Shown one piece after another: positions 9,412 through 17,983 of a DNA stretch of 60,652 nucleotides. The DNA is taken from contig JAPLLK010000092.1 in NCBI GenBank assembly GCA_026387575.1, positions 1-60,652 on the forward strand, in the 5' to 3' direction. The notes under the pieces were generated by a model, which worked only from the letters and a program-made list of their open reading frames with translations, did no database searches and was not told where the DNA came from. Position 1 is the stretch's first letter, and each line of letters opens with the position of its first letter. The position numbers were made by a program, and so were the translations under genes. The stretch comes from Nitrospirota bacterium (GTDB lineage: Bacteria > Nitrospirota > Thermodesulfovibrionia > Thermodesulfovibrionales > UBA1546).

Positions 9412-9624
9412 TTATCCAGCAGTCTTCCTCTCAGCGTCTTCTTTTAATCGTTCATAATTTTTTATATGGAACCGAATAAATATATCCTTTATATCAATTC
9501 TGCCGAGTAAATAAGCATCCATTGCCTCAATATATTCTTCTGGTGATATGTGCTTTCTTATCGCCATGAGTGCTTCAACATATTTCTTTCTCTCTTTTTT
9601 TGATATCTTTCTCTGCTTTAACAA
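9412..9624 (-). CDS. hypothetical small protein
   Basis: 70-aa basic/helical ORF that overlaps the upstream ORF by 50 nt. Its true start may be the internal Met. Confidence 0.35.
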   Translation of the reverse strand: MLKQRKISKKERKKYVEALMAIRKHISPEEYIEAMDAYLLGRIDIKDIFIRFHIKNYERLKEDAERKTAG

Positions 9625-9877
9625 AATACCACCAAAAAAATAATATTGTCCATGCGCTTGTAAGTACGCCCAACATGAACTCTTTACTTAAATCATCGTC
9701 ATTTGATTTTGGCATTATTAATGCAAGAAGGAATATCGGCCCGACCCAAACAGCAAAAAAGAAGATAATGCTTTTTATTTCTTCGTATATGTCCCTGAAA
9801 TTTACTTTTCTAAAATAGCTGAACCTAAACCTTTCGCTCATAATCTCCCCTTGTGTGTTATTCCTTCTGGCGTACAA
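9575..9877 (-). CDS. hypothetical small membrane protein
   Basis: 100 aa with 2 hydrophobic helices, part of a chain of overlapping minus-strand ORFs. Confidence 0.4.
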   Translation of the reverse strand: MYARRNNTQGEIMSERFRFSYFRKVNFRDIYEEIKSIIFFFAVWVGPIFLLALIMPKSNDDDLSKEFMLGVLTSAWTILFFWWYFVKAEKDIKKREKEIC

Positions 9878-10169
9878 AGAAAATTGAAACTACTATCAGT
9901 ATCCCTGAAACAAAATCTATAGAGGCCCATATATCACGGTCGAGATGAAATGGTATCACTGGATTAAATATCAGAGCAATGATCCCCAAAATCCACGCCC
10001 AAGTATTCTTGCCGTTTTTATAGGCGATATATGTGTAGTACGCTCCGATACCACAAGTGATCCATCTTAGGAATGTGTAATAGCCGTAGTTATGGCGGTC
10101 GAGAGCCCAGAATAAGAGTGATGCGACTAAGAGTCTGCTCCAAACTGAAAAATGCAGTAGTTTTTTCAT
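9858..10169 (-). CDS. hypothetical small membrane protein (3 TM)
   Basis: 103 aa, Trp/Tyr-rich TM protein (...YGYYTFLRWITCGIGAYYTYIAY...LIFNPVIPFHL...). Confidence 0.5.
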   Translation of the reverse strand: MKKLLHFSVWSRLLVASLLFWALDRHNYGYYTFLRWITCGIGAYYTYIAYKNGKNTWAWILGIIALIFNPVIPFHLDRDIWASIDFVSGILIVVSIFFVRQKE

Positions 10170-10238
10170 AAGCCTCCCTTTTTAGGCGATATTCTACCGT
10201 TTACGCTTTATAGCATATTTCAAATTAAAATGGAAATC

Positions 10239-10264
10239 CCCAGCCGCCGGATCGCAGCGCTGGG
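10239..10264 (-). terminator. GC-rich hairpin downstream of higA (candidate intrinsic terminator)
   Basis: CCCAGCCGC-cggatcgca-GCG(-)CTGGG, a 9-bp stem with one bulge. On the minus strand it is followed by the T-rich tract ATTTCCATTTTAATTT. Confidence 0.4.
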
Positions 10265-10294
10265 AAAATTAGGAAAATTAGGGAAAATTAGGGA
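10262..10294. repeat. short tandem repeat, 3.4 copies of GGGAAAATTA / GGAAAATTA
   Basis: gggaaaatta ggaaaatta gggaaaatta ggga, read directly, located between the higA stop and the hairpin. Confidence 0.8.
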
Positions 10295-10321
10295 CACTTC
10301 CCGGTTTTCTTCCCCAAACCC

Positions 10322-10636
10322 TTACGCTGCTTTCAGCGGCCTTATCCTGCCAAGTGTCGTCTTGTTTTCCCTCTGTGCAAGCCAGAGATCAACTGACCGC
10401 TGGGCATTGAGCCAGAATTCGGGCGTATTCCCAAACAGACGGGAGAACCGCAGTGCCATGGAAGGACTGACAGAGCGTCTCTCACGAAGTATCTCATTCA
10501 CTGTCTGACGCGAAACCCCTAGTTTCTCAGCAAGGGTAGTCGCAGTAAGACCGAAGTCGGGCATGAAATCCTCCATCAGCATCTCGCCCGGATGGGTCGG
10601 CTTAATCTGTCTTGTTTCAATATTCTTTATGCTCAT
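10322..10636 (-). CDS. higA: HigA-family antitoxin (XRE-type HTH)
   Basis: 104 aa with HPGEMLMEDF...LAEKLGVSRQTVNEILRERRSVSPSMALRFSRLFGNTPEFWLNAQ, the canonical HigA signature. It lies downstream of the toxin gene. Confidence 0.9.
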   Translation of the reverse strand: MSIKNIETRQIKPTHPGEMLMEDFMPDFGLTATTLAEKLGVSRQTVNEILRERRSVSPSMALRFSRLFGNTPEFWLNAQRSVDLWLAQRENKTTLGRIRPLKAA

Positions 10637-10646
10637 GACACACCTC

Positions 10647-10934
10647 TCAGTGATAATCTGTTATTTCAACATCATATGCGTCTCCGTCAATAAAACGGAA
10701 GCATATTCTCCATTGTTCGTTTATTGATATGGAATACTGTCCTTCCCTGTTGCCTCTCAGAATGTGCAACCGGTTACTTGGCGGAACTCTCAGGTCGTCA
10801 ACGCACACGGCATGATCAATGTATTCCATACGGCGCAAAGCCCTCCTTAAAATATCTGCCGGCAACCGCTTTGATTTGCCAGTTGTATATAGTTCATGCG
10901 TGTGCTTGTCGGCAAATGTTTTAATCACTTGCAT
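10647..10934 (-). CDS. higB: HigB-family toxin (RelE/ParE superfamily, plasmid maintenance system killer)
   Basis: 95 aa with the ...LPADILRRALRRMEYIDHA...LRVPPSNRLHILRGNREGQYSISINEQWRICF pattern. Toxin-first order is typical of higBA. Confidence 0.9.
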   Translation of the reverse strand: MQVIKTFADKHTHELYTTGKSKRLPADILRRALRRMEYIDHAVCVDDLRVPPSNRLHILRGNREGQYSISINEQWRICFRFIDGDAYDVEITDYH

Positions 10935-11070
10935 GAATTATAACGTGTCACGTGACAGTTGTCAATATCTTGCCTCTTGCCAAAATAAAGGAATAATTAG
11001 GTTACCGACCGGTTTTAGATAAGCCCATAGCGCCAGCCCGCCAAAATCAAACTTTAAAACATGTTAAACT

Positions 11071-11580
11071 ATGCTTACTATGCCGAACAAAAAAACTCCC
11101 CTATCCTGCGACTGGGCTGCACTCGGGCGGATTCGCCGCGGCAAAAAACCCGGGCAGGCTTTGAAAGGCGCAAAAACACATTCAGAAAACAAAAGCGCTC
11201 TTTACAAACACAAGGGCAAATTCAGATGGCAGGGGATTAAGATTGAGAAATATAAGCAGAGCAACGGAGACTGGGCTGATATTGTAAGGCAGACATTAAT
11301 CGGAAATCAGGGAGAGACATCAAAGTTTCATGTCAGGTATTTTGAAATCGCACCCAGAGGATGCAGCAGTTTTGAGATGCACAGACATGAACATGTTGTG
11401 ACATGCATAAGGGGAAAGGGGAAAGTTATGGCAGGCAAAAGGCTTTATGAAATGAACTTTATGGATACGCTATATATATCTCCAAACACACCACACCAAT
11501 TAAGGAATCCGTTTAAATCGCCGTTTGGATTTCTCTGCATAGTAAACGCAAAAAGAGACAAGCCGATAATCCTCGCCTGA
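11071..11580 (+). CDS. cupin-domain protein
   Basis: The C-terminal part FHVRYFEIAPRGCSSFEMHRHEHVVTCIRGKG...LYISPNTPHQLRN matches the cupin_2 two-His motifs. The start codon is uncertain. Confidence 0.65.
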   Translation: MLTMPNKKTPLSCDWAALGRIRRGKKPGQALKGAKTHSENKSALYKHKGKFRWQGIKIEKYKQSNGDWADIVRQTLIGNQGETSKFHVRYFEIAPRGCSSFEMHRHEHVVTCIRGKGKVMAGKRLYEMNFMDTLYISPNTPHQLRNPFKSPFGFLCIVNAKRDKPIILA

Positions 11581-11684
11581 TTAGAAATTAACCGGCGAGT
11601 CCTTGATTTTTTAAGAGAAAAAATTTTATGGTATAGGAGTCAAAATTTTAGCCAACGGCTTGGCTTTTAGAGGAGAATATTGAA

Positions 11685-13262
11685 GTGGAAGAAAACAAAA
11701 ATCAAACGCTTATAGACAAAATATGGAATCTCTTTTCATCAGTAACATTTGCTGTCGTGATTTTCACCCTTATCGCCCTTACCTCAATAATAGGGACAAT
11801 CATAGAGCAGAATGCAGCGTCTGAAAAGAATATTAAACTCATCGGCAAACTCTTTGGAGATTCAATTGCCCCGGCACTGCATAACGCATTTGAAGTTATG
11901 GGCTTTATGGATATGTACCACTCATGGTGGTTTGTTTCGCTGCTTATGCTCTTTGTTGCAAATCTTACGGTTTGTTCTATTGACAGGCTTCCACGGATAT
12001 GGAAACTCGTCAAAGAGCCTGTTAAGCCGTTGACTGATGAACAGCTCAAAAATCTCGGCAAAAAGGAAATAGTCCTTAAAGGCACGCCTGAAAAGATAAA
12101 GGAGGCGGCCGGCGCTGCCATAAAAAAAGCAGGCTTTAGGCCCCTTGAAACAAAAGAAGCTGACGGCTATCAGTTATACTCAGAAAAAGGCAATTACACA
12201 CGGCTCGGCGTTTACATAACACATTTCAGCATTATTCTGGTATTAATTGGCGCAATCATAGGCATATTCTTCGGGTTTAAGGGCTCTCTAAACCTGCCTG
12301 AGGGCAAAACATACTCCGTTGCTTTTGCTCAGACAGGGCATTTAACTCCTACGCAAGAATCGGAAATGGAAATGATTATAGCAGCATTACAGTCAGTGGA
12401 AGGCAGCACTTTAAAGGCTTCCCAGAAATTAGGCATGGAGGAACAATCACTAAAGTTAAAGATGAAGAGATACGGTATCTGGCCCCTCGGGTTCAGCATC
12501 AGATGCAATGATTTCAATGTGGACTTTTATAGTAACAGTGATATGCCAAAGACTTATAAAAGCTGGCTTACAATCACAGAGAATGGTACCCCGGTTAAAA
12601 TAGACGGGAAAGAAATACAGGAGATAGAGGTAAATACACCATTGAAATACAAAGGGGTAACATTTTATCAGTCAAGTTATGGACTTGTTCCTGGAGGCGG
12701 GGGAAACAGCAAGTTCAGGTTCAGGGTAACGCCTAAGGACGGCAAAACAGAAGAGATTGAATCCGGGTTTGAAGGTTCATTCAGCGTCCCGGGCACAAAT
12801 CTCACAGGGAAGATTGAGGACTTTTCGCCTGCCCTTGGCTTTGACCAATCCACCGGCAAACCCTTTACCTACGCAGAACAGATGAATAACCCCGCTGTCT
12901 TAGTCAGCTTCTACGAAAACAATAAGAAGAAATACAACGGATGGGTACTCAAAAGATACCCTGAGACATGGAAACTGCCTGAAGGACATGTCGTGGAGTT
13001 CGTTGATCTCTGGGGAATCCAGTACACAGGCCTGCAAGTCAGAAATGACCCCGGAGTATGGGTCGTTTACATTGGATTTATAGTAATGAGCATAGGCCTC
13101 TATATCGCCTTCTTCATGAGTCATAAAAAAATATGGCTCAGAGTTATTGAAGAAAAAAATAACACACGGATAATCGTTGCTATGACCGCAAATAAAAACA
13201 GAGAAGCTTTTCAAAGGAAAATTATTACCCTTATGAGCAAATCAATAGAAGGAGGAAAATAA
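11685..13262 (+). CDS. resB: cytochrome c biogenesis protein ResB/Ccs1 (system II)
   Basis: 525 aa with N-terminal TM helices, the conserved block VNTPLKYKGVTFYQSSYG and a C-terminal TM helix. It is immediately followed by ccsA. Confidence 0.85.
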   Translation: MEENKNQTLIDKIWNLFSSVTFAVVIFTLIALTSIIGTIIEQNAASEKNIKLIGKLFGDSIAPALHNAFEVMGFMDMYHSWWFVSLLMLFVANLTVCSIDRLPRIWKLVKEPVKPLTDEQLKNLGKKEIVLKGTPEKIKEAAGAAIKKAGFRPLETKEADGYQLYSEKGNYTRLGVYITHFSIILVLIGAIIGIFFGFKGSLNLPEGKTYSVAFAQTGHLTPTQESEMEMIIAALQSVEGSTLKASQKLGMEEQSLKLKMKRYGIWPLGFSIRCNDFNVDFYSNSDMPKTYKSWLTITENGTPVKIDGKEIQEIEVNTPLKYKGVTFYQSSYGLVPGGGGNSKFRFRVTPKDGKTEEIESGFEGSFSVPGTNLTGKIEDFSPALGFDQSTGKPFTYAEQMNNPAVLVSFYENNKKKYNGWVLKRYPETWKLPEGHVVEFVDLWGIQYTGLQVRNDPGVWVVYIGFIVMSIGLYIAFFMSHKKIWLRVIEEKNNTRIIVAMTANKNREAFQRKIITLMSKSIEGGK

Positions 13263-14786
13263 ATGGGCAGTTCTACCTTATTCGGCATATCCACAATGGC
13301 TTACATACTGGCAATGATAACCTACATCACATATCTTGCCTTCAGAAATTCGCAGACAGGCACAGTTGCAACAGCGCTTACGATAACAGGATTTATCTCC
13401 CAGACATTAGCATTTACAGTAAGATGGTCTGAGTCTTATATGCAGTGGACAACGCTTATGCCTGAGAGTTCATCTGTAATGTCTCTTCTGCGAAGCGCTC
13501 CCTTAAGGAATCTCTACGAATCTCTGGTATTCTTTGTCTGGTGTCTTATACTTGGGTATTTGATAATAGAGTTCAAATACAAAAACCGCTCCTTCGGAGC
13601 ATTCATAACCCCTGTGGCAGGCATTGCGCTTGCGTTTATCGGACTGTCAGGCATGTCACAAGATATACAGCCCTTGGTCCCTGCACTCCAGAGCAACTGG
13701 CTTCTTGCCCATGTAATGATGAGTTTTATTGCTTACGCAGCATTTGCAATCGCATTCAGTACAGGATTGATGTATCTCATAGCCACATCAGAAAGACAGG
13801 AAAAAAGACATATCTTTTGGATTGTATTTTCGGTCTTTGCAATACTGCTTGCGCTCATCTCCCAGAGTCCTCAGACAATAATGCTGTGGATAATCAGCTT
13901 TGCCTTTGTCATAGCAGTGGACATAAAACAGAACATAGACATTGCCAAGCGCATATCCTCAAAGAAAGAGGGCAATTCCTCAGGCGCCTTAAAGAGACTG
14001 ATGACTGTAATCGGCCTTTCGCTTGTCAGCATAGCGGCAATATTAATATTCATACAGCTTGTCAAGCTCCAGATTATCAAGGCAGACGATGCGGCAAAGC
14101 TAAGACATCTTGACACTGGGGCGCGGGCATCTTCATTCGCAGGGAACATTATGGGAATTGTCGGTTTTATATTCTTCCTCTGCGTTGTATTGATAAAATA
14201 TCTGATTCTGAAAAAAGAATACTATCTCTTCTGGACTTTAACCTCAGGAATATTCGTATTCGTACTTCTGGCAATGGGCATTGACTTTCTGATGTTCAGG
14301 GTTATGGGAGTAATGCCTGCTCAGGATGGCAGCATCGGGCTGAGGGCTACACTCCTCAGTCATTCTCCTGTTATTGCAGTGCTCAGTTATGCAGCGCTCA
14401 TAGTCTTTCTGTATGTGATATGGCGTTACGGCCCTATCTTAAAAAAGATAATTTCCGGCATTAACATTTCCACGGACTTTCTTGGTGAGATTACATACAA
14501 GAGCATATCTATCGGCTTTCCTGTCTTCACACTCGGAGGACTGATATTCGGCGCCATCTGGGCTGACCAGTCATGGGGAACATACTGGAGCTGGGACCCA
14601 AAAGAAACATGGTCGCTGATAACATGGTTCGTTTATGCCTTTTTCCTTCACAGCCGCCTGCTCAGAGGATGGAGGGGCAAAAAAGTTGCAATCGTCGCAG
14701 TGCTGGGTTTCGTCGTTGTAATCTTTACTTATATCGGAGTAAACCTGCTTCTTTCAGGCCTCCATTCATACGGAAGCATGGAATAG
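13263..14786 (+). CDS. ccsA: cytochrome c biogenesis protein CcsA/ResC (system II heme handling), unusually long
   Basis: Trp-rich [18 protein letters not shown] motif with flanking conserved His residues (LAHV..., LHSR). The protein is 507 aa and has extra central TM helices. Confidence 0.85.
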   Translation: MGSSTLFGISTMAYILAMITYITYLAFRNSQTGTVATALTITGFISQTLAFTVRWSESYMQWTTLMPESSSVMSLLRSAPLRNLYESLVFFVWCLILGYLIIEFKYKNRSFGAFITPVAGIALAFIGLSGMSQDIQPLVPALQSNWLLAHVMMSFIAYAAFAIAFSTGLMYLIATSERQEKRHIFWIVFSVFAILLALISQSPQTIMLWIISFAFVIAVDIKQNIDIAKRISSKKEGNSSGALKRLMTVIGLSLVSIAAILIFIQLVKLQIIKADDAAKLRHLDTGARASSFAGNIMGIVGFIFFLCVVLIKYLILKKEYYLFWTLTSGIFVFVLLAMGIDFLMFRVMGVMPAQDGSIGLRATLLSHSPVIAVLSYAALIVFLYVIWRYGPILKKIISGINISTDFLGEITYKSISIGFPVFTLGGLIFGAIWADQSWGTYWSWDPKETWSLITWFVYAFFLHSRLLRGWRGKKVAIVAVLGFVVVIFTYIGVNLLLSGLHSYGSME

Positions 14787-14794
14787 CACAGCGC

Positions 14795-14824
14795 TTGAAG
14801 CTCTATTTTTGGTTGCGATATAAT
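14795..14824 (+). promoter_or_regulatory. candidate sigma70-type promoter for htpX
   Basis: TTGAAG (14795-14800), 18-nt spacer, TATAAT (14819-14824), about 35 nt upstream of the htpX ATG, whose RBS is GGAGGAG. Confidence 0.4.
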
Positions 14825-14859
14825 AAGTTAAGGTGAGATTTGCACAACGGAGGAGTTAA

Positions 14860-15699
14860 ATGAATAACATAAAGACAATGTTTTTGCTTGTAGCCTTAAC
14901 ACTGATACTTGTATGGGCAGGCGGTGCATTCGGCGGAAAGCAGGGGATGACCATAGCCCTTATCTTTGCGTTGGGGATGAACCTCTTTGCCTATTGGTTC
15001 AGTGACAAACTCGTGCTAAAGATGTACGGTGCACGGGAAGTAACAGAATCAGAAGCCCCTGAACTCTACGGCATCGTAAGCAGGCTTGCACAGAAGGCAC
15101 AGATACCGATGCCAAAGGTTTACATGATGGAAAAAGACCAGCCAAATGCCTTTGCAACAGGCAGAAATCCAAAACACGCTGCTGTTGCCGTAACCGCGGG
15201 AATTATGCGTCTCCTGAGCCGTGACGAACTCACAGGAGTAATCGGACACGAACTCGCACACATCAGGCATAGAGACATACTGATAAGCACAATCGCTGCT
15301 ACTATTGCAGGCGCTATAAGTTACCTTGCGCAGATGGCGCAATGGGCAGCTATCTTCGGAGGCAGAAGTGATGATGAAAAAGGAGGCAGCCCTGTTGCGG
15401 CGCTTGTGATGATGATAGTGGGCCCTATAGCCGCGCTTATCATCCAGATGGCAATATCACGCTCAAGGGAATATTCTGCGGATGAAGGCGGCGCACAGCT
15501 TGCAGGCAATCCAAGATACCTTTCAAGCGCCCTGAGAAAACTTCACATGGCATCGCAGCAGATACCCATGGACGCCAACCCTGCAACATCTCACATGTTC
15601 ATAGTCAACCCTCTAAGCGGCGGCGGACTGTTAAAACTCTTCAGCACCCATCCTCCGATAGAGGAACGAATAGCAAGACTGGAATCCCTGAGCCTGTAA
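14860..15699 (+). CDS. htpX: zinc metalloprotease HtpX
   Basis: 279 aa with the HELAH zinc motif, TM helices and the C-terminal [11 protein letters not shown] motif. Confidence 0.9.
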   Translation: MNNIKTMFLLVALTLILVWAGGAFGGKQGMTIALIFALGMNLFAYWFSDKLVLKMYGAREVTESEAPELYGIVSRLAQKAQIPMPKVYMMEKDQPNAFATGRNPKHAAVAVTAGIMRLLSRDELTGVIGHELAHIRHRDILISTIAATIAGAISYLAQMAQWAAIFGGRSDDEKGGSPVAALVMMIVGPIAALIIQMAISRSREYSADEGGAQLAGNPRYLSSALRKLHMASQQIPMDANPATSHMFIVNPLSGGGLLKLFSTHPPIEERIARLESLSL

Positions 15700-15862
15700 G
15701 GAGAGCTGACAGGTTTAATATTGCCGCAAGACAGCCACAGCCTCCTGAGCAAAATCCCGCTGCCTCATAAAGATTTTGAGACGTATATGCCTGACTAACA
15801 TCTTGTTAAATGCATTTTCGGGTTGACTCTTAACGCTGTGATTGCTCACAATATTGCTAACC

Positions 15863-16828
15863 ATGAAGACCCTTGTAACAGGAGCTACCGGCTTCATCGG
15901 AAGCCACCTCGTTGAAAAACTTTTAAGAAAAGGTCACAGCGTCACCTGTCTTGTAAGAAAAACCTCTAACCTTCAATGGATAGATGGGCTCAATGTCAGC
16001 TTAATATACGGAGACTGCGCAATAAAAGAATCCCTCCTCAATGCAGTCGCTGATTTTGATTATATCTTTCACCTCGCGGGACTCACAAAGGCGGCAAATG
16101 AAAGAGACTTCTTTTCTGCCAACGCGCTCGGCACAGAAAATCTTGTGAACGCAGTAACAGAAAAAAATCCTGCTATCAAACGATTTGTTTACCTGAGCAG
16201 TTTGGCAGCAGCAGGGCCAAGCTGCGATGGCACACCGTCTAAAGAAACAGGCGAACCAAAGCCTGTCTCAGCTTATGGCAGGAGCAAGCTTGAAGGTGAA
16301 CGGATAGTCATGCGGCACAAAAACACCATCCCTGTGACTATCATCAGGCCGCCTGCTGTATACGGCCCAAGGGACAAAGACTTTTATATCCTCTTCAAAC
16401 TCCTGAAAAAAGGCATTTCTCTCTTCTGGGGGAAATGCTACTATTCAATGTTATATGTGGACGACCTTGTCAAAGGGACAATTCTTTCCGCAGAAAGCAA
16501 AACAGCAGAAGGTGAAATCTTTTATCTGTCCGACGGCAGAATATATTCAAACGAAGAAATAACAGAGGTTATATCTTCTGCTGTGGGATCAAAGCCAATA
16601 CGGCTAAGAATACCGAGAATTATAATGCCAATGCTTGCAAGCATTGGACAAAAACTTGGCAATCAGGGTAATATTATAAACAAAGACAAGATAAGAGAAT
16701 TGCAGCATTCTTACTGGACGTGCGATCCAGCAAAATCAAGAAATGAGCTTGGGTTTATCCCCAATATAGGAATAAAGGAAGGAGTAAAATGGACAGCGGA
16801 TTGGTACAGGATACATCAGTGGCTGTAA
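15863..16828 (+). CDS. NAD-dependent epimerase/dehydratase-family SDR (possible 3-keto-amine lipid reductase, CerR/CapC-like)
   Basis: [16 protein letters not shown] Rossmann motif and the YGRSK catalytic Tyr-x3-Lys. I moved the start to ATG 15863. Confidence 0.8.
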   Translation: MKTLVTGATGFIGSHLVEKLLRKGHSVTCLVRKTSNLQWIDGLNVSLIYGDCAIKESLLNAVADFDYIFHLAGLTKAANERDFFSANALGTENLVNAVTEKNPAIKRFVYLSSLAAAGPSCDGTPSKETGEPKPVSAYGRSKLEGERIVMRHKNTIPVTIIRPPAVYGPRDKDFYILFKLLKKGISLFWGKCYYSMLYVDDLVKGTILSAESKTAEGEIFYLSDGRIYSNEEITEVISSAVGSKPIRLRIPRIIMPMLASIGQKLGNQGNIINKDKIRELQHSYWTCDPAKSRNELGFIPNIGIKEGVKWTADWYRIHQWL

Positions 16829-17969
16829 ACAAATCACCCGATATCTTTGAAAAATGCCTTAAGTTTACAAAGGCAAAGGAATTGATATCTTGCGGACTTT
16901 ATCCATTTTTCAGAGTCATAGAGAGCGCCCAGGACCCTGAAGTTACAATGAACGGCAGAAGAATGATTATGGTGGGCTCAAACAACTACCTTGGACTGAC
17001 AAATCATCCAAAGGTAAAAGAAGCCGCCATAGAGGCTGTAAAAAAATACGGCTCAGGATGCGCAGGCTCACGTTTCTTAAACGGTACTCTTGATATTCAT
17101 GTCGCGCTTGAAGCTAAACTCGCACGATTTATGCGCAAGGATGCCGCGCTTATTTTCTCAACAGGGTTTCAGGTCAATCTTGGAGTCATCTCTGCCCTCA
17201 CAGGGAAAGATGATGTTGTAATCATAGATAAGATGGACCATGCAAGTATAATTGACGGCTGCAGGCTCTCTTACGGCGAGGTAAAGAAATTCAGGCATAA
17301 TGACATGGCTGACCTGAAAAGGGTGCTGAAAGAAAATAAAGATAAATCCAAATTAATCGTCGTTGACGGCGTATTCAGCATGGAGTGAGACATTGCAAAG
17401 CTTCCGATGCGCACGGCATCGGAGTCCTCGGAAAAACAGGCAGAGGCACAGCAGAACACTTCGGGCTTGAAAGGGAAGTTGATCTCATCATGGGGACCTA
17501 CAGCAAATCTCTTGCCGCTATCGGAGGCTTCATAGTAGGCGATGAAAACATTGTTCATTACATAAAACATTTTGCACGGCCCCTGATATTCAGCGCAAGC
17601 CCTCCGCCTGCATCAATAGCCGCGGTAAGCGCAGCAGTTGATATTATCGAGAATGAGCCTGAAAGAAGAGAAAGGCTCTGGAAAAATACAAACAAAATGC
17701 TCAAGGGATTCAAGGCGCTCGGATTTGAGACAGGCCCGAGCGAAACACCGATAATACCAATCCTCGTAGGAGAAAGTGAAATAGCATTCAAGTTCGCAAT
17801 GATGCTTCAGGAAGAAGGAGTATTTGCAAATGTTGCGGTAAGCCCTGCGGTGCCAAACGGAAAGGCGCTCATAAGAACAAGTTATATGGCAACCCATACA
17901 GACAAGCACCTTGATATAGTCCTCAGCGCTTTTGAAAAAGTCGGCAGGGCACTAGGGCTGATAAAGTAA
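16789..17969 (+). pseudogene. disrupted alpha-oxoamine synthase (serine palmitoyltransferase / 8-amino-7-oxononanoate synthase / KBL family)
   Basis: Track ORFs 16789-17388 and 17385-17969 are the N- and C-halves of one PLP enzyme (...GSNNYLGL...HASIIDG...VVDGVFSME | ...DAHGIGVLGKTGRGTAEHFG...GTYSKSL...). In-frame TGA at 17386-17388 sits where Gly of the SM(D/E)GD motif is expected. A frame change and about 15-17 missing residues follow DIAKLP. Confidence 0.75.
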
Positions 17970-17983
17970 CTTGAAGACGAATC

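Noticed and set aside
11650-11665. AGCCAA-cggc-TTGGCT hairpin followed by TTTTA upstream of resB as a terminator or attenuator
   Set aside because: The stem is only 6 bp and the T-run is short. This is plausible but too weak to list as a feature.
17386-17388. In-frame TGA in the alpha-oxoamine synthase read as selenocysteine
   Set aside because: The position corresponds to a conserved Gly, not a redox Cys. It is followed within 20 nt by a frame-shifting deletion of conserved sequence. I saw no SECIS-like hairpin.
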